Of a stretch of DNA of 64,000 nt, positions 38,982-49,234 are shown piece after piece. The position numbers and the translations under genes were made by a program. How positions within the stretch are numbered: the stretch's first letter is position 1; each line of letters begins with the position of its first letter. This stretch comes from a virus (lineage: Duplodnaviria; Heunggongvirae; Uroviricota; Caudoviricetes), in IMG/VR virus record IMGVR_UViG_3300006153_000005. The stretch is one strand, 5' to 3'. Under the pieces are notes generated by a model that made no database searches, was not told the DNA's origin, and saw nothing but the letters and a program-made list of their open reading frames with translations.

Positions 38982-39785
38982 ATGAAGGGCTACGAGAATA
39001 TCTCTCGCAACTACTTAACCCGCCGTGTACCAGTCATCATCCGTCTGGATGGTAAGGCGTTCCACACATTTACACGTGGTATGGAGAAACCTTTTGATTC
39101 CGTTCTTACACAGGCTATGCAGCAGACTATGAAATCTCTTTGCGAGAGCATTCAAGGCTGTGTCCTGGGCTACACACAATCAGACGAGATTACACTGGTG
39201 TTGACCGACTATGCCACAATCAAGACGGACGCATGGTTCTGATATAACATTCAGAAGATGACAAGTATTGCTGCTTCCATGGCTACATTGGCGTTTGACC
39301 GTGAGTTCATCATTGCTTATGGGCAATGGTTTGACCGTAGCTTTGTGAATGGCGACTCTGATCTGCCCGGATTTTCAAAACTCGATGCGCTTTACGCCAG
39401 CAAACGGCATCAGGCATTGTTCGACGCACGTGTTTTCTCTATCCCTAAAGAGGAAGTCTGTAATTGCCTGATCTGGCGACAGCAGGACGCAACTCGCAAC
39501 AGCATTGAGGCTGTTGGTCAAGCGTTCTTCTCTCAGAAAGAGCTACACAAGAAGAATTGTGATGAGATTCAAGAAATGCTCTGGTCGAAACACAATATCA
39601 ACTGGAATAACTTCCCAACAGAAAACAAGCGTGGTTCGTGTTGTATCAAGCAGGAGATAGAAACTCCTATGGCCGATCCAAGAAATCCTGGTCAGACTGT
39701 TGTGGTTCGCCGTAGGAAATGGGTAATCGACACCGAAATTCCAATCTTTACGCAAGATAGGAATTATGTAGAGAGGTCGCTATAA
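38982..39785 (+). CDS. Thg1-like protein (tRNA-His guanylyltransferase family 3'-5' polymerase) with in-frame TGA at 39240-39242
   Basis: 'VIIRLDGKAFHTF', 'YTQSDEITLVL', and post-TGA 'YNIQKMTSIAASMATLAF' aligning with Thg1 '[18 protein letters not shown]'; both halves in same frame. Confidence 0.6.
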
Positions 39786-41218
39786 TGGATGGCTTGCAAA
39801 ATCTTTTTAGAGGCGGGATGCCAAATCCAACGCTTCAAAAAGATGCGATAGCGCAGATGCTTAAAATAAGTCCAGAGGCTCTTTCCAAATTTGAGGAATC
39901 GTATAAAAGATATACCTTGGCCGAAGAGCCAGACGGATTCTTCCAGCAAAATTCTCGGCAGGCCGCAGAGCAAAACCATTTAATTGATATGGCGTCGAAA
40001 TCAACCCACGCTGATACAACAGCCTTGGAACGCCGTATCGTAGATGAGTTACTTTCTCAAACCACCACTTACTTTTTTGACGGGAATTTGGCTACCATTC
40101 AGAGCTATAAGGCTCTGCCGACTGGATCTGAACCTGTAACTCTCCAAGAAGTGACCAATCTCCCACCAGAAATACAACCTCAGCTTACCGGAACTTTGAT
40201 GAAACGTGATATTGGAGAAGAGTCCGGGCCAATACTTCTGTATCAGTATAAGGAGTATCTGGACAATCCGAACACAGTGAAAGGGCGGACATCGTATCAT
40301 ATGTTTCGACAAGGGCTGGACATCCTCGATCTTGATGGCCTGACTTATGAGATCATTGGCACGAACCCAAACTCAATGGGGCATTGGCTTCCTCAGCTTG
40401 TAGAGGCTTGTCGTGGCAAAGGATTCTTCAAGATCCCAGCAACAGCTATCACAAAAGTACCTATGACGCTTCTACAGCTAACCAGGCAGGAATATGGGAT
40501 GCTGACACAAACAACGCTATCTGTTCTGGATAAATGGGCACATGAAGCATTTCGGCTTGATGATTCCAAGGAGTATTTTATTAAAACAGGAACTTATTCT
40601 TCAAAGTTCGATTTTCGCAATGCTCACGTCAAAGGTGCAAAAGAGGTTATGGAGCTGGGAGAGTATTTGCTCTTTATTCACTATCAGGCTCTTCAGATGG
40701 CAAGCCCACTATCTTCCCCGTGTATCTATGGAGCCTCTACCACAAATGAATGGGTTGTAAGAGAGTGGATTGAGGATGCGGAGAACAACCCGTGTATCTA
40801 CAAAGGTTTGCCTCTTCGTACCGAATACCGCATCTTTATTGATTGTGACCAGAAAACCGTTATAGGCTACACTCCTTACTGGGAACCACAGACTATGAAG
40901 CAACGCTTTGGTCACGAAGAAGATGCGAACTCACCTCATCAGATCCACGACTATATCATCTACAAAGCACATGAGGAAACTCTGATGCGGCGTTACTACG
41001 AGAATATTGAACGGGTAAAAACGGCGGTCATAGACCTCCTACCTGACCTACACCTACACGGCCAGTGGTCACTGGATATTATGCAGAACGGAAATGACTT
41101 CTGGTTGATTGATATGGGTGTGGCTGAAAACTCCGCTTTCTATCGTGAGTGTGTACCAGAGTCCAGTCGTGTACCTACGCCAGAAAATTGGCTCCAGCAG
41201 CTAACAGATGGTAGGTGA
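39785..41218 (+). CDS. hypothetical protein; C-terminus weakly ATP-grasp-like
   Basis: 'DFWLIDMGVAENSAFY'. Confidence 0.35.
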   Translation: MDGLQNLFRGGMPNPTLQKDAIAQMLKISPEALSKFEESYKRYTLAEEPDGFFQQNSRQAAEQNHLIDMASKSTHADTTALERRIVDELLSQTTTYFFDGNLATIQSYKALPTGSEPVTLQEVTNLPPEIQPQLTGTLMKRDIGEESGPILLYQYKEYLDNPNTVKGRTSYHMFRQGLDILDLDGLTYEIIGTNPNSMGHWLPQLVEACRGKGFFKIPATAITKVPMTLLQLTRQEYGMLTQTTLSVLDKWAHEAFRLDDSKEYFIKTGTYSSKFDFRNAHVKGAKEVMELGEYLLFIHYQALQMASPLSSPCIYGASTTNEWVVREWIEDAENNPCIYKGLPLRTEYRIFIDCDQKTVIGYTPYWEPQTMKQRFGHEEDANSPHQIHDYIIYKAHEETLMRRYYENIERVKTAVIDLLPDLHLHGQWSLDIMQNGNDFWLIDMGVAENSAFYRECVPESSRVPTPENWLQQLTDGR

Positions 41219-41424
41219 TGAATATAGGTAATATAGCAAAATGCTGTGACTGTGTATATGCAGACAGAAATCGCATAAACTCGCTCCCTTGTAAAGACTT
41301 CGGAAAAATCAGATGCACAAGGTTTAGTCGATGGGTATGCTTATTTGAAACCATCTGTGAAGAGTTTGTCGATAAAATTTCTGCAAATCTGGTTAGCAAA
41401 TCCAGCCGAAAGGGTGGTATTTAG
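41215..41424 (+). CDS. small Cys-rich protein
   Basis: ORF. Confidence 0.3.
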   Translation: MMNIGNIAKCCDCVYADRNRINSLPCKDFGKIRCTRFSRWVCLFETICEEFVDKISANLVSKSSRKGGI

Positions 41425-41703
41425 AATGAATATCAAAAATTGGATGGAGAGGACACGTTTTTATGGAAACTGTATGCACGAAAACTGATATGTCTTCGGT
41501 GTGTGGAATGCACTACGATGAATACTGGAAAGCCGTCCATATCGACAAAACCATGCCCCAGGAAGATTTTGATAAGTGGCTCCACGAAAATTGCTGCAAG
41601 TGCCGCAATATGAGTGACATTTGTATGTACGGAGAATAATGGGGTGACTGAATGGCTGAATATCATGTTCGTGTGACGATCAAAGAGAAGGAGCGATTGC
41701 CAT

Positions 41704-42225
41704 ATGAAACTCGTAAACGCAAAGCTCTATGAGGAGCAGATAAAACGCAAGATGTGGGGAATCTGGTACGATGAAAAGTACCAATATTATTTCGGTGGTA
41801 ACTATCGTAGCGATTTCTCCCTTGCTGATAACACTGGCGATTATCAAAAGCGGTCATTCGCTGTGTTGAACAATAGCGATGAGCTGCTGGGGTATATCAG
41901 TTACTCCGTGGACAATGAGTTGCAGATCGCTCAGTGGTTTGGAGCAGTCAATTTTTCCGATGACAAAGTATCTTTCGGCAAGGCACTAAGGCAGGTTGTC
42001 GAAGACTGCTTCCTGAAATTCGGCATGGAAGTGGTTGAGTGGTGTGTAGTCTGTGGCAATCCCATTGAGAGAAGTTACGATAGGATGTGTGAAAAGCTGG
42101 GCGGTCGCATTATTGGCATTAGACATCATCGTGCAAAGGACATGGCTGGAAATGTGCATGACGATAAAATGTATGAGATTCTGCGAGAAGATTTTTTGAG
42201 GGCAACCGCTCGAATGAAAGACTAA
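41704..42225 (+). CDS. hypothetical protein (possibly GNAT-like)
   Basis: ORF. Confidence 0.3.
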   Translation: MKLVNAKLYEEQIKRKMWGIWYDEKYQYYFGGNYRSDFSLADNTGDYQKRSFAVLNNSDELLGYISYSVDNELQIAQWFGAVNFSDDKVSFGKALRQVVEDCFLKFGMEVVEWCVVCGNPIERSYDRMCEKLGGRIIGIRHHRAKDMAGNVHDDKMYEILREDFLRATARMKD

Positions 42226-42243
42226 TTTTATAGGAGGTATTGT

Positions 42244-42492
42244 ATGGCCGCAAATAAATGGATGATCGAGTCGTGGCTTAAACGTGAGAAAGCTGCGGAA
42301 AGCGACTATATGCTTGTGGTGTGCGACACATTTGACCATGAAGACTATCCTGTTTATGTGTCAAAAGAAGATCTTGAGAAAGCTATCCAGCAATACTCCA
42401 GTAATATGCAAACCATAATGGAAATCTACAATTTGGCTCTTGACATAGATACTCAACTCGCAGAAAAAAGATCGTGGCATATTGAATGTTAA
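42244..42492 (+). CDS. hypothetical protein
   Basis: ORF with GGAGG SD. Confidence 0.3.
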   Translation: MAANKWMIESWLKREKAAESDYMLVVCDTFDHEDYPVYVSKEDLEKAIQQYSSNMQTIMEIYNLALDIDTQLAEKRSWHIEC

Positions 42493-42507
42493 TTTTGGGG
42501 TAAAGAA

Positions 42508-42693
42508 ATGACGCAAATCGTTGGAATGATAGACGGAAAACTTGTTATTGATGGCAAGTATGTTGATTTACCAAGGCCGTCTAATAATATCTGTGTTACA
42601 CAATATAACGGCAATGTGTATGTGAACGGATTCAAATGGGTTGATGGTAAATGGAAGCGTACATTGGATGCGCTTTGGCATTGGCTATTCTGA
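42508..42693 (+). CDS. hypothetical protein
   Basis: ORF. Confidence 0.3.
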   Translation: MTQIVGMIDGKLVIDGKYVDLPRPSNNICVTQYNGNVYVNGFKWVDGKWKRTLDALWHWLF

Positions 42694-42705
42694 TAAAAGA
42701 TTGAT

Positions 42706-43683
42706 TTGATAGGAGTGATTGTAATAGAAATTGTTAGAACCCATACGGGAAAGATCTATGTTGACCGTGAGCGCAAACTGGAGTTCTTGACCGTAGGTGA
42801 CTATGGCAAGGAGAACAATATCAAAGCTGACTTCCTTGGCCTACACAAAGAAATCCATGGCGTGCAACATCACGATGTTGACCTGTCGCAAAAGTGGGTT
42901 GCTACTATCAGCACGCAAAAAGGATGCCCTATGCGCTGTCAGTTCTGCGACTGTCCGAAGTTCGGCTTCCATGGTAATGTTTCCCACGATGAACTGGCGT
43001 ATGAGATTGAAACCATACTCCAAAGTGAAAGCGTAAATGCTACTGATCGGTTCAATGTCCACTTTGCACGAATGGGTGAGCCAACCTGGAACAAGGATGT
43101 TTTGGCATTCGTTGCAGAAGATTTACGGAATTTGGTTGCAAAGTACATCACCGCCAAGACCATTCATCCCGTAGTTTCTACTATGCTTCCGAAAAATAAC
43201 CGTGATCTGGTACGGTTCATCCAGGAGTGGTGCCGAATCAAAAATGAGGTATACGCTGGAGAAGCTGGTCTTCAGTTCAGTATCAACTCTACGGATGATG
43301 AGCAAAGAAATACCCAGTTCAACGGTATGAGTCTGAGTTTAACCGAAATCTCTGCATTGGCTCATAGTTTGCCAAAACCGATTGGCAGAAAGTACACATT
43401 GAACTTTGCTGTAACCGCAGAAACAATTCTCGATGCCGATAAGCTGTCAGAGCTGTTCAGTAAAGAAGACTTTATTGTGAAAATTACTCCCATTCACAAA
43501 ACCGAATCAGCTGTGAAAAACGGTTTCAATGTGACGACAGAGTACACAGACTACGATGTTTACCGTAAATTTGAGGCTCCACTTGTTGCTGCCGGATGGG
43601 ATGTCATCGTTTTTGTTCCAAGCGAAGAAGAAGACAGCGACAGAATTACCTGCGGAAATGCACTAATCACAGATCAAGGGTAA
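42706..43683 (+). CDS. radical SAM protein
   Basis: 'KGCPMRCQFCDC' CxxxCxxC. Confidence 0.6.
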   Translation: MIGVIVIEIVRTHTGKIYVDRERKLEFLTVGDYGKENNIKADFLGLHKEIHGVQHHDVDLSQKWVATISTQKGCPMRCQFCDCPKFGFHGNVSHDELAYEIETILQSESVNATDRFNVHFARMGEPTWNKDVLAFVAEDLRNLVAKYITAKTIHPVVSTMLPKNNRDLVRFIQEWCRIKNEVYAGEAGLQFSINSTDDEQRNTQFNGMSLSLTEISALAHSLPKPIGRKYTLNFAVTAETILDADKLSELFSKEDFIVKITPIHKTESAVKNGFNVTTEYTDYDVYRKFEAPLVAAGWDVIVFVPSEEEDSDRITCGNALITDQG

Positions 43684-43689
43684 AACAAA

Positions 43690-43714
43690 GCCTGCCCGCA
43701 ATCAACGGGCAGGC
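43690..43714. terminator. bidirectional hairpin GCCTGCCCG-caatcaa-CGGGCAGGC between convergent genes
   Basis: 9-bp GC-rich stem. Confidence 0.5.
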
Positions 43715-43720
43715 CAAGGA

Positions 43721-43927
43721 TTACACTTCGAGTCCGAGCTTTTCAGCGATTTCTTCTGGTGTCAGTCCAATTTCTTTTGCCTTTGCCATAACGGTCTTCA
43801 TGTTGACCGGATGGAGGAGTTTCTGTTTTTGAGCTTCAAGCGCGTTAATCTCCTCCTGCTTCTTCGCAATCTTCTGGTCGATTACCGCAACTTTTTCCTC
43901 AACAGATTTGACAGTGCGTGCAGCCAT
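43721..43927 (-). CDS. hypothetical protein (lone - strand gene in early region)
   Basis: ORF. Confidence 0.4.
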   Translation of the reverse strand: MAARTVKSVEEKVAVIDQKIAKKQEEINALEAQKQKLLHPVNMKTVMAKAKEIGLTPEEIAEKLGLEV

Positions 43928-44019
43928 ATGGTTGGCCTCCTTCGTCTATGATAGAAAAGTATACAAACAAAACCAGGTGGTGTCAATAGAAAACCGCCAA
44001 CTTATGCTGGAGGTGAAAA

Positions 44020-44394
44020 ATGTTTCGAGTTATTATTGCTGGTGGCAGAGACTTTAACAACTATCCTGGTCTTGCCAAAGCTATGGATCAACTGCTTGCC
44101 AATGTGACTGACGAAATTGTTGTAGTGTGCGGTATGGCTCAAGGTGCAGATCGGCTTGGAGAGCGTTATGGTAAGGAACGTGGATATTCCATCCGTTATT
44201 TTCCGGCGGACTGGGATAGCAAAGGCCGTGGTGCTGGCTTTATCCGAAATGAAGAGATGGCGAAGAACGCCGATGCTCTGGTAGCATTTTGGGACGGCCA
44301 AAGCCGAGGCACAAAGCACATGATTGAAACAGCGAAAAAGCACAAACTGGATATTCGTGTGAAACACTATAAAAGGAGGGAACAGCGTGCTTAA
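44020..44394 (+). CDS. SLOG-family (DUF2493/YspA-like) protein
   Basis: 'VIIAGGRDF...VVCGMAQGADRLGE'. Confidence 0.4.
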   Translation: MFRVIIAGGRDFNNYPGLAKAMDQLLANVTDEIVVVCGMAQGADRLGERYGKERGYSIRYFPADWDSKGRGAGFIRNEEMAKNADALVAFWDGQSRGTKHMIETAKKHKLDIRVKHYKRREQRA

Positions 44395-44803
44395 AATCTA
44401 TGATGTGAAGTCCATGTTTCAGGTCAACAGGCAAAACTGGAAGCTATGCGGAAACAATGGATACACTTGCCGTGACGAATCGGAAGTGCAAGAAGAACTG
44501 GTTGCTTTAGACCGCTGCACCTTTGATGAAGCATATCAAATAATCCCCGAACTTCATCTTGACAGAATGTATGTCGGTGAAACCTTGTTCAATCATAGAC
44601 AATATATCGAAGTACACGGATGGAGCACCGAAACACAGAGACGGTTTTACGCTAAAAGCGTTCATACAATTTCCTATAAATATGTGTTTCGTGAGCGAGA
44701 GTATGTGACACTGGAATGGATTATGAAGCACCTCTCTTCAGAACAGGCTATCCACTATTTCAAAGAACGAGGGATGTCTGTGTGCCCTATAAATCTTCAA
44801 TAA
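44387..44803 (+). CDS. hypothetical protein
   Basis: ORF. Confidence 0.35.
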   Translation: MLKIYDVKSMFQVNRQNWKLCGNNGYTCRDESEVQEELVALDRCTFDEAYQIIPELHLDRMYVGETLFNHRQYIEVHGWSTETQRRFYAKSVHTISYKYVFREREYVTLEWIMKHLSSEQAIHYFKERGMSVCPINLQ

Positions 44804-44836
44804 TGACGAATAAAATCAATGACAGGAGCCGAGTAC

Positions 44837-45178
44837 ATGACGAAAACAGAAAAGTACATTGCACTGAGAAAAAGTGGCCTGAGTTATGAGGCAATCGCAA
44901 GAAAATGTGGTGTCAGCAAGCAAGCGGTACACAGCGCAATTAAAAAGCATGAAAACGCCACTATCAACATCAAGCCACAATCAGTCGTATTCCCAGGTTT
45001 GCGCAAGTGGATGTGTGACAATCACATCTTCATATCCAATCTGGAACGTATGACTGGCAAATGTCTTAGACAAGCGCTAAGTAGCGGGAAGATCAGTGGT
45101 AAAGGTATTGCTGCGATACTGGAAGTAACAGGGCTACCCTATGAGTTGGCTTTTGGGAATATGGAGAAAGAGGTGTAG
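44837..45178 (+). CDS. small HTH DNA-binding protein
   Basis: 'LSYEAIARKCGVSKQAVHSAIKK'. Confidence 0.4.
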   Translation: MTKTEKYIALRKSGLSYEAIARKCGVSKQAVHSAIKKHENATINIKPQSVVFPGLRKWMCDNHIFISNLERMTGKCLRQALSSGKISGKGIAAILEVTGLPYELAFGNMEKEV

Positions 45179-46400
45179 CGATTTGAACAATAATATTTTT
45201 ATACCTCAAAAAATTCGCATTGGATTTCAAGAACGTAACGATACCTATACAAAAAAACTGGCCTATGTAATCTATTATGATGAGAAAGGCACTTTGCGAA
45301 AGGCAGGATCGTGGGAGAGTTGGCGTGATAAGAAAATTGATCCTGTTGAATACGATAATATCCCGATGGAGGGATTTGTCCTCAACAAAAAGGTTGGCGG
45401 ATATGCAGGCTCATGGGGAAACTTCCGGCAGGCATATGTCCGAGTATATGACCCACGCGGCTTTGAGTTTGAAATCTCTGTTCCAAACTTGCTCTACATC
45501 TTGGAGCATACCAGCTCAATCAAAGGAAAAGGTCTTGAGGGAGAGTTTGTATACGGCTGGGATGGGACTGAGCTTGTTCTTATCCCTACCTGTTCTCCTG
45601 ACTATGCCAGTCTTACAGAACTGAATACTAAGCGATTTGAGAACAAGGCTATCAAAGCAAAAGACCTTGTAATAGGAGGCGAATATCTAACAAAGGACAA
45701 CAAACATCTCATCTATATGGGACGATTTGACGCATACGACAGTATGTATCACTTCGATGGGAAATGGTTCTTAACTGCTGGTCTTATGGAGAAGTACGCT
45801 CGTGAAAATCAAAAGCCATTATCTACTCGTGGTCGTTTGGATAGATGGGGATATCGTGATGAACGATTGTATACAGTCGAAACTGGATGTGTTGGTAAAC
45901 GCCATTTCTTTACAACACCAGATGGTTACTTTTACAACTTCAAATCCATCTCAGGACTTTTCATTGACACCATTTCAACAGAACCAGCTACTAACTATGC
46001 AGAACTATTTGAAAGGATGGAGGGGCAAACCTCATACTCACCATACGATTCGTCTAAAGACAAGATTCGTCTATGTAGCGACGAAGAAAACATTCACCGA
46101 ATTAAAAACGCAAACGGTTACTGGTGGAGCGTTGACTGTATGACTATGATTGATGGAGAAATGGTTCACTATAATATTTCACATCCTTACACAGATCGTA
46201 GCAATCCAAAGTTTATTTGTTCATTCAAGTCTGATTGTAAAGGGATCAGTATACGGGACTATTTTGAATTTGAAGATGATGGCACACGAGACGGGAGAAT
46301 GATCCCTTTGGATGTGACAGAAATATTTGCAAAGCTACCGCCATACTGTATCGACCAGTATTTGCAAAACGGAAAATTTTATAGGAGGGTATACGCATGA
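45141..46400 (+). CDS. hypothetical protein
   Basis: 419-aa ORF. Confidence 0.4.
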   Translation: MSWLLGIWRKRCSDLNNNIFIPQKIRIGFQERNDTYTKKLAYVIYYDEKGTLRKAGSWESWRDKKIDPVEYDNIPMEGFVLNKKVGGYAGSWGNFRQAYVRVYDPRGFEFEISVPNLLYILEHTSSIKGKGLEGEFVYGWDGTELVLIPTCSPDYASLTELNTKRFENKAIKAKDLVIGGEYLTKDNKHLIYMGRFDAYDSMYHFDGKWFLTAGLMEKYARENQKPLSTRGRLDRWGYRDERLYTVETGCVGKRHFFTTPDGYFYNFKSISGLFIDTISTEPATNYAELFERMEGQTSYSPYDSSKDKIRLCSDEENIHRIKNANGYWWSVDCMTMIDGEMVHYNISHPYTDRSNPKFICSFKSDCKGISIRDYFEFEDDGTRDGRMIPLDVTEIFAKLPPYCIDQYLQNGKFYRRVYA

Positions 46401-46807
46401 ACAAAAACGATGACCAGATCTTAATGCTGAAACAGCGCATTGAGGCAAAGAAGAAGGAAATCGGCCAACCACGCCGATTCTCTCCTTTGACCAGCTGTTC
46501 CATCGAGATGGACGGCACACGGCACAATCTTCACTCAGCTGACCGCACATCGCTGATTCTTCTGCTTTGTAAACTCCACAACCTGGATACTGCCGCCGAA
46601 GAGCTTGGTTACTCCGAGCAGTGCATGATCTGTGGTTTCCCAACCAGTAGCTGGATTTCTGATATTCAGGATCGGCTGGCAATACTTGACCAGAAGAGCG
46701 AACTGGAAAAGCTAAAATCTATGGAAGTCCAGCTGGATAAGCTGTTGTCTGACGATAAGAAAACAGAATTGGAAATCAGCAGCATCGCCACAGCGCTCGG
46801 GCTATAA
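46397..46807 (+). CDS. hypothetical protein
   Basis: ORF. Confidence 0.4.
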   Translation: MNKNDDQILMLKQRIEAKKKEIGQPRRFSPLTSCSIEMDGTRHNLHSADRTSLILLLCKLHNLDTAAEELGYSEQCMICGFPTSSWISDIQDRLAILDQKSELEKLKSMEVQLDKLLSDDKKTELEISSIATALGL

Positions 46808-46830
46808 CAACTATTCAGAGGTGAAACAAA

Positions 46831-47261
46831 ATGAATACAGAGGTTATGTTTTCGTCCAAGGCTATGGACTGGGCAACACCACAAGCATTCTTTGACCAGC
46901 TGGATTCGGAGTTTCACTTCACCCTTGACCCCTGTGCGAACGAGTCCAATCATAAATGCGCTCGCTATTTCACAGAAGCGGACGATGGACTGAAGCAGTC
47001 GTGGGGGGGGGGCAGACGGTCTTTTGCAATCCGCCATACGGAAAGGCTATCAAAGACTGGGTGAAGAAATGCTCCGAAGAAGCCAAGCAGCCTAATACCA
47101 CTGTGGTGCTGCTGATACCGGCCAGGACAGATACGGCATACTTTCACGACTACATTTATCAAAAAGAAAATGTAGAGATGCGCTTTATCCGTGGCCGTCT
47201 GAAATTTGGAGATGGTAAAAACTCCGCCCCATTTCCCAGTATGGTAGTTATCTTTCATTAA
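46831..47261 (+). CDS. phage Dam-type N6-adenine DNA methyltransferase, frameshifted at G10 tract 47003-47012
   Basis: 'FCNPPYG' catalytic motif in +1 frame directly after G10. Confidence 0.55.
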
Positions 47262-47290
47262 ACAACGAATAAAATCAAGGAGAAATCAGT

Positions 47291-47560
47291 ATGAAGAAAA
47301 GTCACATCCTCTTTTTCAAGGACAGCCATGGAAACAAACGGAAGATTGCGTTCATTGATGACTACAACGACACAGGCCAGCTAAGGTCTGATCAGGACAT
47401 AATGGATGAAGCGAACCTATTGATCCGTGCATTTTGCGCCGAACGAAACTTTACCATTTACTATACGCGCATTTGGAACAGTGATGGAAAAACAATCTTC
47501 GATGTCGGAAGCCATACGGAGTTCTTTCATCTTATGCCGGAGGTGAGCATCAATGGCTAA
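47291..47560 (+). CDS. hypothetical protein
   Basis: ORF with AAGGAG SD. Confidence 0.35.
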   Translation: MKKSHILFFKDSHGNKRKIAFIDDYNDTGQLRSDQDIMDEANLLIRAFCAERNFTIYYTRIWNSDGKTIFDVGSHTEFFHLMPEVSING

Positions 47561-48128
47561 GGTAACAAATAGAACGACTAATATCGTATCTCTCCACTTC
47601 CAGCAAGAAAGAGGAGATCCAGACTACGGCTCTTGCCTCTGGGCAGTCTTCAATTTCGATCTTGACCGCTATGAGCTGTCCATAACGTCTGATTGCGGAA
47701 GCTATGCTTATGGGTGGGTTCCAACTCCAAACAGTGAGAGTTTTATGCACCTTATGGCACGAGTTGATGATGGCTACTTATTAGACAAACTCTCAAAACG
47801 GAATTTCATCAATGAGGCTGACACTTTCAAGGAAGTTAAGCAGCTTATTGATGATTACGGGATAAACCCGTCAGAACCAAATGAATATGGCGATTCAACC
47901 ATTGATTTAGATGAAGTCAGAGAGTGCTGCGAAGAAGCCACAGACCAAGGGATTATTTTGGCTTTACAAGATTTGTTTAGAGACACACCAATGGCAGATT
48001 GTGATGAGAGTGACTTATGGGGTTGCATTTGTATGGATTTCTCTGCCAGTGCAAAGAAAATAACTCAGGTCTTCATCGACTATATTAAGCCAATCTGCAA
48101 GGAAATCTCTGATAAGGAGGAGAAATAA
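47553..48128 (+). CDS. hypothetical protein
   Basis: ORF. Confidence 0.35.
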   Translation: MAKVTNRTTNIVSLHFQQERGDPDYGSCLWAVFNFDLDRYELSITSDCGSYAYGWVPTPNSESFMHLMARVDDGYLLDKLSKRNFINEADTFKEVKQLIDDYGINPSEPNEYGDSTIDLDEVRECCEEATDQGIILALQDLFRDTPMADCDESDLWGCICMDFSASAKKITQVFIDYIKPICKEISDKEEK

Positions 48129-48974
48129 ATGCCTCTTATTTTGAATGGCAACCACGTCGCATTATCTATCAAGAAAAAGATCAAGGAAACGATTGTAGAA
48201 TCTGGTATACAGCCACGTTTGTCCGTTATTTTAATTGGGCACAACCAATCATCCAGAGTCTATGTTAGGAACAAAGCGAAAGATTGTGAGGAATGCGGAA
48301 TTGATAGTGTTACTTACGCACTCCCAGAAAACACAAGTGAAGAAAAGTTGATTAAGCTGATTCGCTCACTTTCTGATGACAGCAATGTGCATGGAATTTT
48401 AGTTCAACTTCCACTTCCAAAACATATCAATAAAGACCATATCATCTCTGAAATCAATCCTAAAAAAGATGTGGACGGATTTACAAAGGCAAATACTATG
48501 GCAATGCTGGATGGAAAATTCCGATTTGTACCTTGTACTCCTGGAGGCATTATTGAGCTGATGAGGTTTTACAAAATACCAATCGTTGGACGGCATTGCG
48601 TTATAGTTGGCCGCTCCGATATTGTTGGCAAACCAATGGCTACCATAGCACTTTGGAATAACGCCACAACAACTATCTGCCATTCGCACACCAGAAACCT
48701 TGGCGACATTTGTAAAAGCGCTGACATCCTAATAGCCGCCACTGGCAGAAGAAACCTTATCAAACCAGAGTTTATTAAGCCGGACACCACTATTATTGAT
48801 GTTGGGATGAACCGTGATGACAACGGGAAATTGTGTGGTGACTGCGATCCTAATGCCTATGAAAAGAGTGCAGCATACACGCCAGTACCTGGTGGTGTCG
48901 GGCCGATGACTCGTGCAATGCTTCTACTGAATACAGCGGCGGCGGCTGGTCTAAATGTAAAATTGGGCTGGTGA
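48129..48974 (+). CDS. folD: bifunctional methylene-THF dehydrogenase/methenyl-THF cyclohydrolase
   Basis: FolD core 'VIVGRSDIVGKPMA', 'PVPGGVGPMT'. Confidence 0.8.
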   Translation: MPLILNGNHVALSIKKKIKETIVESGIQPRLSVILIGHNQSSRVYVRNKAKDCEECGIDSVTYALPENTSEEKLIKLIRSLSDDSNVHGILVQLPLPKHINKDHIISEINPKKDVDGFTKANTMAMLDGKFRFVPCTPGGIIELMRFYKIPIVGRHCVIVGRSDIVGKPMATIALWNNATTTICHSHTRNLGDICKSADILIAATGRRNLIKPEFIKPDTTIIDVGMNRDDNGKLCGDCDPNAYEKSAAYTPVPGGVGPMTRAMLLLNTAAAAGLNVKLGW

Positions 48975-48980
48975 TATTTG

Positions 48981-49223
48981 ATGGGTGAATGGATTTCAGT
49001 AAAAGACAGACTACCCATCGACAATCAGATGGTTTTGGGTTATACTCCTTGTGACGGAATCATTTTCATAGGTTTTTACAGAAAAGATCCAATGAATGAC
49101 CGCTATCCAAGAGCAAAGCGCAGAGAGTGGTATATCGTAACGTCAATGCGGTCAACCCAGAAAGTGACCAAGAGAGTTACACATTGGATGCCGCTTCCTG
49201 AGCGACCAGAAGATACAGAATAG
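48981..49223 (+). CDS. hypothetical protein
   Basis: ORF. Confidence 0.3.
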   Translation: MGEWISVKDRLPIDNQMVLGYTPCDGIIFIGFYRKDPMNDRYPRAKRREWYIVTSMRSTQKVTKRVTHWMPLPERPEDTE

Positions 49224-49234
49224 AGGGATCAGAG

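Noticed and set aside
39240-39242. Genome-wide TGA recoding (alternative genetic code) to explain the in-frame TGA in the Thg1-like gene
   Set aside because: Several well-defined genes here terminate with TGA (e.g. SPFH gene at 3981-3983). No candidate suppressor tRNA with UCA anticodon was identified.
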